Source of the DNA: Longimicrobiales bacterium
Lineage (GTDB): Bacteria > Gemmatimonadota > Gemmatimonadetes > Longimicrobiales > Gaopeijiaceae
Direction: 5' to 3'
Assembly (NCBI GenBank): GCA_965202985.1
Contig: CBDBCF010000002.1
Coordinates: forward strand, 704,001 to 768,000
DNA length: 64,000 bases
The position numbers and the translations under genes were made by a program. Below are positions 56,988 through 64,000 of this stretch, piece after piece. The notes under the pieces are model-generated. The model was not told the DNA's origin, searched no databases, and worked only from the letters and a program-made list of their open reading frames with translations. Every line of letters starts with the position of its first letter. Positions within the stretch are counted from its first letter, which is position 1.

Positions 56988-57610
56988 GAGACCGCGCACT
57001 CGTTGCAGCGCGGGCGGCGAGCCGGACAGACCTTGCGGCCATGATAGATCAGCAAGTGGGCCAGCATCGTCCACTTGTCCGTGGGGAAGATCGCCATCAG
57101 GTCCTTCTCGATCTTGTCCGGATTCGTCTCCGCGGTGAACCCCAGCCGGTTGGACAGGCGCTTGACGTGCGTGTCCACCACCACGCCCTCGTCGACGCCG
57201 AATGCGTTGCCCAGCACGACGTTGGCGGTCTTGCGGCCGACGCCGGGAAGGGCGGCCAGTTCCTTCATCGTGCGCGGAACATCGCCGCCGTGGTCCTCCG
57301 CGACCGCCGTCGCCATGCCCACCAGGCTGCGCGCCTTGTTGCGGAAGAATCCGGTCGAGCGGATCAGCTCTTCCAGCTCCTCCCGCTCCGCGGCGGCCAG
57401 CGACGCGGGGTCCGGATACCGGCGAAAGAGGTCGGGCGTCACCATGTTCACGCGAACGTCCGTGCACTGGGCGGACAGTATGGTGGCCACCAGCAGTTCG
57501 AACGGCGAGCGGTAGTTCAGTGCGCACTTGGCGTCCGGGTACTCCTCGGCGAAGTGCTCGTAGACGCGGGCCGCGCGCTCCTTGCGGGCCTTCTTGGATT
57601 CTCTGGGCAT
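56960..57610 (-). CDS. nth: endonuclease III
   Basis: LLVATILSAQCTD, HhH motif LPGVGRKTANVV, VDTHV, [4Fe-4S] motif C-X6-C-X2-C-X5-C. Confidence 0.96.
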   Translation of the reverse strand: MPRESKKARKERAARVYEHFAEEYPDAKCALNYRSPFELLVATILSAQCTDVRVNMVTPDLFRRYPDPASLAAAEREELEELIRSTGFFRNKARSLVGMATAVAEDHGGDVPRTMKELAALPGVGRKTANVVLGNAFGVDEGVVVDTHVKRLSNRLGFTAETNPDKIEKDLMAIFPTDKWTMLAHLLIYHGRKVCPARRPRCNECAVSHLCPSSAV

Positions 57611-57689
57611 GGCATCGGACTCCGGTACTGGCGCGAGCGTCCGCTGAACAGGTCGGACCAAGCAAGCTGGCGCGGCGATTCGCCGGCGG

Positions 57690-59657
57690 TCAAGAAGGCG
57701 GAGTTCGTCGCTCGGTGCGCAAGTCCAGGGTCGCGTGGGGCTCTTCGAGGGAGATCGTGATCGCCCGCTCGGCGACCGCCACGACGTTCGCCATCAGCGG
57801 TCCTTCCTTGTGCTGCCCGGGGACCAGCGTCTCGTCGTCGTCCAGCACGGCGACCTGCAACGGCGTGTTGGTGGGCAACCAGCACGCGCGGTAGAACCCC
57901 GAGCTGTTGGTGGTGACGACTGCACCGCCCCGCCGGTCGTCCTGCTCCAGGACCGCTTTTGGAGAACGCTGGTCTCTGCTGCCGGCCAGATCCGCGAGTA
58001 CCCGCACGTCGTAGGCGTCGGACAGCACTCGCACCGTCGCGTCGGCCACGGGCCTGCCTTCGGCGTCGCGGACGTGCCCCATGAGGATGCCGTGGGGCCA
58101 CGACATCTTCCATGGAGGGACCGCATCTTGGGCAGCCGCAGGGGGGGTGGGCGGCGTCGGGGGGAGGACCGTTTCGGCGCTGGGCGGCGGAGACGGCGGT
58201 CGAGACGGCGTCGACAGCACGATCAGCACGCTCCGGGGAGAGCCCATGCCCCTGCACACGTCCTTCATCACCTCGCTGATCGCAGGCGCCTCGAACTCCA
58301 CGCGGGCCGGCTCGGCACGGTCTTCCCCGACCTCCACCTCGACCGGATCGGGCTGATACCACAGCTCGTCCAGATAGGGATGGCCGTAGGCGACTTCGTA
58401 CTCGCCCGGTTGCAGGCGCGTCAGCTCGAAGGCGCCGTCCGGACCCGTCGTCGCTTCCAGTCCCTTCCCCGGCGCGAACACGCGGGCGTCGGCCAGCCCG
58501 CCCCCCAAGCTGTCCCGCACGACGCCGGCGATGAGGAGCCCTGGGCCGGCGTCGAAGACCACGCCGTCGGGGCCGTAGACCCGCAGCACCTCGCCCCCCT
58601 GCACCGTGACGCCCTCCAGCGTCGCCGCGGGCCGCCCGGTCAGCGGATGCTCGGCAACGCCGGCCCGGAACATCCGAATGCTCCACGAGTCCACGATCCA
58701 CGTGCCGTTGGGAAGCTCCCGGAACCGAACCGAGCCCCCCGACTCCGCCGCCAGCAGCGCGGGAGGGACGCCCAGCCGCTCGTAGCGGTACTCCAGTCGG
58801 CGAAGCTTGGCCGTGCCCGGGTTCAGCCACATCGTGCCGGCGATCTCCGGGACGGACCGATCCGAGACGGGTTCGAAGGCGAGGCCGACCAGTCCGGGGG
58901 CGTCGTCCCCGCCCGCCACGACGCGGAAGCAGTGCGTGTCCAGAAACGAGTCGGCCAGCAGTGCTTCGGCGTCGGGCGCCCAGAACCAGGACCCGTCGCC
59001 CGTCACGCGCGCGTAGCCGTGGGCCGCCAGCGAGTCGATCGGGCGCGACACGTACGGCGCCTTGGCCGGCCCTTCCGCGCGGGTTCGGTCCTCCGACTCG
59101 ACCTTGCGGCCCCTCCGGTCCAGCTGCCGGACGAAGCCCAGCAGCTCGTAGTCGTACATCCCCCGGCTCTGGGTCCAGGCCGCGGCGGCCAGCGCCTTGC
59201 GGGCTTCCTCCCACACCCTGCCGACGGCCATGGCCTCCGCCGGACGCACCCGGCAACGGCGGTCCGCCTCCGCCACGACGCCTTCCAGCGAGACGGCTTC
59301 CACGGTCGCCTCGATGCGTAGCGACAGCGTGTCGGCGGCCGACAGCCGGAACCAGTCGGAGTAGGTGGTGGCGTAGCCGATCCGGTCCGCCCGAACCCGA
59401 TACTCGCCGGGCGCCGGCGCGCGGAGTTGGAAGAGGCCGCTGCCGGTGCGGGTCAGAGCTTGCGTCCAGCCTCGGCCGGACCGATCCTCCAGCACCGCCA
59501 TGGCGCCGCCAACGGCGCTGCCCGGCCCGGCTTCCACCAGCCGTCCCAGGACGACTTGCCCGGAGGAGGCGGCGGGCGTTCCGGCCAGCATCGCCAGCCA
59601 AAGTGCGGTCCGGAGATGCCGGATGCGCCTCTGCATCACGGACTTGCACGGCTTCAT
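57690..59657 (-). CDS. exported protein with carboxypeptidase regulatory-like (Ig-like) domains
   Basis: Signal peptide and three G.V.D...A.V....T...G.F..L..G.Y units (e.g. GEYRVRADRIGY); Pro-rich insert. Start uncertain. Confidence 0.7.
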   Translation of the reverse strand: MKPCKSVMQRRIRHLRTALWLAMLAGTPAASSGQVVLGRLVEAGPGSAVGGAMAVLEDRSGRGWTQALTRTGSGLFQLRAPAPGEYRVRADRIGYATTYSDWFRLSAADTLSLRIEATVEAVSLEGVVAEADRRCRVRPAEAMAVGRVWEEARKALAAAAWTQSRGMYDYELLGFVRQLDRRGRKVESEDRTRAEGPAKAPYVSRPIDSLAAHGYARVTGDGSWFWAPDAEALLADSFLDTHCFRVVAGGDDAPGLVGLAFEPVSDRSVPEIAGTMWLNPGTAKLRRLEYRYERLGVPPALLAAESGGSVRFRELPNGTWIVDSWSIRMFRAGVAEHPLTGRPAATLEGVTVQGGEVLRVYGPDGVVFDAGPGLLIAGVVRDSLGGGLADARVFAPGKGLEATTGPDGAFELTRLQPGEYEVAYGHPYLDELWYQPDPVEVEVGEDRAEPARVEFEAPAISEVMKDVCRGMGSPRSVLIVLSTPSRPPSPPPSAETVLPPTPPTPPAAAQDAVPPWKMSWPHGILMGHVRDAEGRPVADATVRVLSDAYDVRVLADLAGSRDQRSPKAVLEQDDRRGGAVVTTNSSGFYRACWLPTNTPLQVAVLDDDETLVPGQHKEGPLMANVVAVAERAITISLEEPHATLDLRTERRTPPS

Positions 59658-59860
59658 GGTTGCGCCCGCAACGAGCCGAAGCGCCGCGACGGCGGAGCGG
59701 GAGCGGCTCGCATTGCGTTCAGCCCTTCGGGTCATCGATTCCGTCCTCGTCGGCGGCGTTCGCGAGTACGGCCCAATTGCCGGCCGTCCAAGTACTAGAT
59801 GCCATCAAGCCGCCAATCCGTTGCATCGCCTTGCCTCGGGGCAACGCCAAGGCCGCCGCG

Positions 59861-60778
59861 TTAGAGGACGACGAAGGGCAGCTTGGACGGGGCTGGCGAG
59901 GACGCCGGGGAGGACTCCGGGGGCAGCGGGGCCGGAGACGAGGTGGAAGGAGGCGAGCGCACCGGCTCGTGGGGATGCCGCGCCCATCGCTCCAGCGCCA
60001 GGGCAACGAGCTTGAGGAGCTCCGCGGGCGTGCGAAGGCCGACGAGGCCGTCCAGCTGCGCACCGGGCAGATCGGTGGAGAAATCGCCGCCGCCTTCTCT
60101 GGCGGGCTCCGTCGTCCAGGACGAAAGGGAGTCCAGCGGTTGCGGGGGTGCGGGGATCACGCCGTAGCCGGGTCTGCCCTGCCGCATCCCGGCGACGGCG
60201 GCCGCGTGGAAGGCGTAGTCCGGGTCGGCGGCCCAGAAGAAGCCGTCCACCGACTCCGGGTGCGCGGTCCCGGCTTCGTCCGCCCACACCATGTGCTGTG
60301 GCAGCTGCAGGTAGCCCGCCCGGCCCCGGAGCGCAGACTCCCAGCCGGATTTCGGCGCGGCGGCGGCGCGAACGTCGGCACCCGCCAGAAGGCTCCGCAA
60401 CGTGCTTCGTGCGACCAAGGTCACGGCAGGGGGACCGTGCGGGCGAGCCGTTCGCCACATGTGATAGGCGAAGAACAGGACCTCGCCGTGAACGCGTGGG
60501 CCTTGGGGCGCCGACGCGGACGCGGCTTCGTTGGACGCGGCTTGGTCCGGCGCGACTTCCTCTGCCGCGGTCCCGTCCGGTCCGTCGCCGTCCGGGCGCA
60601 GCTCCGCCAGGATGCCCTGGACCGCTCCCGACATCGCGAAGGCCGCCGGGTTGTGCAGGTCCGTGCCGCGCGTCCCGGCTTCGGCTTCGATCGCGGGGAA
60701 GCGCTCGTCCGCGAAGTCGGGGCCGGGAAGGAGCAGCTCGTAGGGCGTCAGTCGGGCGTAGGAGTCGTGGACCGCCAT
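59861..60778 (-). CDS. hypothetical protein
   Basis: 305-aa ORF with ATG 16 bp downstream of the NSS gene stop on the same strand; protein-like composition, no recognised motif. Confidence 0.65.
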   Translation of the reverse strand: MAVHDSYARLTPYELLLPGPDFADERFPAIEAEAGTRGTDLHNPAAFAMSGAVQGILAELRPDGDGPDGTAAEEVAPDQAASNEAASASAPQGPRVHGEVLFFAYHMWRTARPHGPPAVTLVARSTLRSLLAGADVRAAAAPKSGWESALRGRAGYLQLPQHMVWADEAGTAHPESVDGFFWAADPDYAFHAAAVAGMRQGRPGYGVIPAPPQPLDSLSSWTTEPAREGGGDFSTDLPGAQLDGLVGLRTPAELLKLVALALERWARHPHEPVRSPPSTSSPAPLPPESSPASSPAPSKLPFVVL

Positions 60779-60794
60779 CTCGGGACCGCGGCGG

Positions 60795-62249
60795 TCACCC
60801 GCCTTCGGCGCCTTGGGCGCGCCGGGCCAGCCAGCGGTTGGCGGCCAGGAGAACGACGATCACGACGGCGAATTGGATCAGCACGGTGCCCACGTTGTAG
60901 CGGGACATCAGCGTCCAAGTCTCCGCGAAGCTCTCGCCTCGGGCTTCCCACAGCCACCACCCCACGAGCACCACGGCCTCGACGGCCACCAAGCGAATCG
61001 CCCAATCCCACCAGCGCCCCACGCGCACGTCGGAGTCCGCCGTGTCCACGAACGATTCGCGCCACTTGGTCACGCCGTACTTGAGCACCGCGAAGGCGAA
61101 GAAGAACCCCGTCAGCGCGAGGCCCACGCCCCAGACCCAGTCCTGGTTCTGGAAGACGCCGATCTGGAGCGCCGACGGAATGCCCAGCAGAAAGCCGGCC
61201 GTCCCGACCGCCGCGATGGCGCGCTTGCGGGCCAGACCCAGGTCCATGAGCACGCGCACGGAGAGCTCGATCATCGCCACCAAGCTGGACCACGCCGCGA
61301 AGACCAGCGCCAGGAAGAACAAAGCCATGAAGAACTGGCCTCCCGGAATCTGCGCGAAGAGCTGCGGCACCCAAATGAAGGTCAGGCCCTCGTTGCCCGC
61401 GCCCACGATCTCGCCGGCGGCTTCGGGCATCACCGAGAAGATCGTGCACAGCACCATGATCCCCGCCAGGAGCGACATCGAGTTGTTGCCGAAGCCGATG
61501 ACGAAGGCGTTGAGGGAGGTGTCCTCCTTGGAGCGCATGTAGATGGCGTAGGACAGGACCAAGCCCCACCCGGCGCCGGTGTCCCAAGCGTTCTGGATCA
61601 GCGCCTCCAGCCAGATCTTGGCGTCGGCCAGCGCGGCGAAGTCGGGCGTGAAGAGGAAGGCCAGTCCCTCCGCCGCGCCGGGCAGGGTGACGGCCTTGAT
61701 CGCCAGCACGACGACCAGGATCACCAACGACGGGATCAGGATCTTCGCCGCCCTTTCGATGCCGCGCACGCCCTTGGACACGACGAAGATGCCCATCGCC
61801 ATCGCCAAGCCGTGGAAGAACATGGCCTGCGGCGTGGAGTTGAAGGCGTCCCAGAACTGCGTCGGCGCACCAGAGGGCGACGGAATCTCGCCGGTGACCG
61901 TGGCCAGGAAGAAGCGGATCGTCCAGCCCATCACGACCGTGTAGTAGAACAGGATGGCCGTCGCCACCCACGCCACCCACGCGCCCATCCAGGCGAACTT
62001 CGGCCCGATCGTCTTGACGAAGGCGCCGACGGTGCCCCGCCGGGTCGCCTTGGCCATCCCGAACTCGAGGACGAGCAGCGGAACCGACCACAGGAACAGA
62101 AAGGCCACCCACGCCACCAAGAACTCGCCGCCGCCGTTCGACGCCGCGATCCGCGGGAACCGCCAAATGTTTCCAGTGCCGATCGCCATGCCCAGCATGG
62201 CCACCAGCATCCCCCAGCGAGAGGAAAAGACTTGGGATCGGGTCGACAC
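60795..62249 (-). CDS. sodium-dependent transporter (NSS/SNF family)
   Basis: FSSRWG...GMAIGTGNIWRFP..A..NGGG.F, FYY.VVMGW, GIE.A.KILIP, GLTFIWVP; GTG start with AAAGGAG ribosome-binding site. Confidence 0.93.
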   Translation of the reverse strand: MSTRSQVFSSRWGMLVAMLGMAIGTGNIWRFPRIAASNGGGEFLVAWVAFLFLWSVPLLVLEFGMAKATRRGTVGAFVKTIGPKFAWMGAWVAWVATAILFYYTVVMGWTIRFFLATVTGEIPSPSGAPTQFWDAFNSTPQAMFFHGLAMAMGIFVVSKGVRGIERAAKILIPSLVILVVVLAIKAVTLPGAAEGLAFLFTPDFAALADAKIWLEALIQNAWDTGAGWGLVLSYAIYMRSKEDTSLNAFVIGFGNNSMSLLAGIMVLCTIFSVMPEAAGEIVGAGNEGLTFIWVPQLFAQIPGGQFFMALFFLALVFAAWSSLVAMIELSVRVLMDLGLARKRAIAAVGTAGFLLGIPSALQIGVFQNQDWVWGVGLALTGFFFAFAVLKYGVTKWRESFVDTADSDVRVGRWWDWAIRLVAVEAVVLVGWWLWEARGESFAETWTLMSRYNVGTVLIQFAVVIVVLLAANRWLARRAQGAEGG

Positions 62250-62402
62250 GTGATGGGCTCCTTTGGGAGGGGCTGGGCGAAGGTGAACGGACAACCGCGG
62301 GGCAACGTCGGACAGCGACCTCAACCACGTCCAGCGGCTGCAAGAACCCGGCCGCCGTGTCGCCCTCGCGGATTATACGGCCCCCAGGCGATTGTCGCTA
62401 GA

Positions 62403-62879
62403 TCACTCGCGATAGTCGATCTCGGACGGAGCGGCGGCAACCCGGGCGTCGTGGCCCGGGAAACTGTTGATGTCGTGGGCGAACTTTCTGTCCTCGGACA
62501 GTCCGAGCTTGCGGTCGCTCAACAGCACCAGCTTAATGAAGTCGTGATCGGCACGATTTGATTGCAAGCGCCGCTCCACTCTCTTGGGAAACCGAAATGC
62601 GGTCAACTCACCTTTCGAGATCCGCCTCAGCCTACCGACACGCTGCAACCGTCCGATGATCACTGCCAGTGTTGTCGGAGCCGTCGCCCCCCGAACGGCC
62701 GTGACGTACTCGCTGATCAAGGAGCCGCACACAACCAAATGGCCCTCCCCATCCAACCACTGGATGAGCTCCCTATACTCGGCTCTCACGGGTTTGGCGA
62801 AATGACGGCTCTGGTTCGAATCCACAAACAGGTCGGGCCTCGGCGACCCTGCCTCCAGGCGGCTACGCTTCCGCTTCAA
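62403..62879 (-). CDS. putative PIN-like domain protein
   Basis: Acidic residues spaced as in PIN nucleases (FVDSN, ISEY, ADHDFI, LSEDRKF); overlaps the upstream ATPase end by 17 bp. Confidence 0.5.
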   Translation of the reverse strand: MKRKRSRLEAGSPRPDLFVDSNQSRHFAKPVRAEYRELIQWLDGEGHLVVCGSLISEYVTAVRGATAPTTLAVIIGRLQRVGRLRRISKGELTAFRFPKRVERRLQSNRADHDFIKLVLLSDRKLGLSEDRKFAHDINSFPGHDARVAAAPSEIDYRE

Positions 62880-64000
62880 TGCGATCAGGCCCCATCGCTA
62901 GTTGCATCACATCCATCATGTACGTCTCGAAGAAGTCTTCCGGCGCTCCAACTATCTGGCCATCCATCCTCAGCTGAATCGGGTGCACCGTGGACTCCTG
63001 CCCGTTATTCGTCAAATGCGCTACCGACACTTCGTCTTCTCCTACGGCGCCTTCAGCCACGAGTCGGCGCAACCTGTTGATCAAGTACTCGCTGTGTGTC
63101 TCGACGATAAATGTAATGTTCCGCTCCTTGGCCAGCCGAACAAAGTAGCTAGCCAGACGGGCCTGAGCCTCGGGATGAAGATGAGTCTCCGGTTGAGCCA
63201 CCACAAATACCCCTCCAACAGTCATTTGATTGATGGCCACAAGAACCGGTAGCAATTGACTCGTGCCGAACCCAAGGTCTGCCAGATTCATAAGCGGAGA
63301 CTTCGGTTTCGGCCTGCCCTTCAGCTCCATGCGCCCTGCGCCTAGGCGTCCAATCTCGAGATCGCACAGCACACCCAGTTCGGCCAAATCCTCACGGAGA
63401 CTAGCGATCTCTGGTGCCTTTACCGACGTCCACTGCGCAATCTGCTCAACATAGTTTTGTCCGTGGCGTCCTACCTTAAGGTCAGCCTTGGACACTTCGT
63501 AATAGGTTCTCTCCGGAGCAAGACGAAAGGAACTGACAAAGGTCAGCCGCCGTCGCATTTGACGTGTCAAATTGCTAATGTGAAAAGACACCAGAGATTC
63601 CATCAAATCTGTGATCGAGTATATGACTTTGAACAATTCATCTGCACTTGCGACGTCAATCTTGCCCTCTGAAGGCATGTTGTCGTCAACAACATCTAAT
63701 GGTTTTCGCTCCGAATCGACATCCCTCGCGTTTAGTTGCAATTGATCAACAGTCGCTTCAAGGAACGTGGCAACCGCGGTCAGCATGGTCTCGCTGTCAG
63801 AAGAATCGGGCCGGGCCTCGGCTTCTTCGGGCAGCTGTCTGATCTCCTCAAGTCCACGAAGAGTCCGCGAATCATCCGGCTTGATCCTGTACGTCATTTC
63901 GTAATTGTCGCCAGTTGACGAAAGAATCATCTTATAGTAGCTGCCGACAATCTTGAGATCTCTCAGCCTCAATCCTGACGATGCCGGATTCTTGCCGAAG
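62863..64000 (-). CDS. ABC-type ATPase with DUF3696-like C-terminus (5' end outside the window)
   Basis: Frame is open to the window edge. LADLGFGTSQLLPVLV, QPETHLHPEAQ, IVETHSEYLINRLR, DGQI...P..FF; low GC. Confidence 0.8.
   Translation of the reverse strand, partial: FGKNPASSGLRLRDLKIVGSYYKMILSSTGDNYEMTYRIKPDDSRTLRGLEEIRQLPEEAEARPDSSDSETMLTAVATFLEATVDQLQLNARDVDSERKPLDVVDDNMPSEGKIDVASADELFKVIYSITDLMESLVSFHISNLTRQMRRRLTFVSSFRLAPERTYYEVSKADLKVGRHGQNYVEQIAQWTSVKAPEIASLREDLAELGVLCDLEIGRLGAGRMELKGRPKPKSPLMNLADLGFGTSQLLPVLVAINQMTVGGVFVVAQPETHLHPEAQARLASYFVRLAKERNITFIVETHSEYLINRLRRLVAEGAVGEDEVSVAHLTNNGQESTVHPIQLRMDGQIVGAPEDFFETYMMDVMQLAMGPDRIEAEA

Noticed and set aside
59719..59860. Possible short ORF (MQRIGGLMASSTW...) and small hairpin TTGCC-TCGG-GGCAA
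   Set aside because: No recognisable motif or ribosome-binding site, and the 5-bp stem lacks a U-tract.
62372..62400. Sigma70 promoter for the NSS gene (TATAAT on the minus strand)
   Set aside because: The -10 is perfect but the -35 position reads TAGCGA (3/6 match); too weak to call without transcription start data.

Overview
A high-GC (about 70% by eye) bacterial chromosomal segment. The gene content (GWxTD protein, SprA, DUF5916, choice-of-anchor B protein, several 6-bladed beta-propellers, duplicated AAA-nuclease genes) resembles Gemmatimonadota, possibly a host-associated lineage; this taxonomy is an inference. Housekeeping genes (lptF/lptG, a dapF homologue, carB, nth, HDAC, AGCS/NSS/SLC13 transporters, pilT, pilC, comEA) are interleaved with accessory genes. 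Most notable: (1) a locus at 28.0-34.2 kb with a thioredoxin-fused large protein and a UGSC-type selenoprotein (in-frame TGA plus a SECIS-like hairpin), interspersed with four arylsulfotransferase-like copies (one intact, three broken) and a repeated gene-junction motif; (2) a GOLPH3/GPP34-like domain fused to a cytochrome P450; (3) a DapF homologue with both catalytic cysteines replaced by serine; (4) two lower-GC ABC-type ATPase plus putative nuclease pairs that look defence-related; (5) a sprA-comEA-pilT-pilC run; (6) a sigma54-like promoter before a small Cys-containing secreted protein, a PDZ protein and a beta-propeller lipoprotein. I saw no rRNA, tRNA, CRISPR array, transposase, integrase or reverse transcriptase. 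All family calls come from motif recognition by eye, not database searches.
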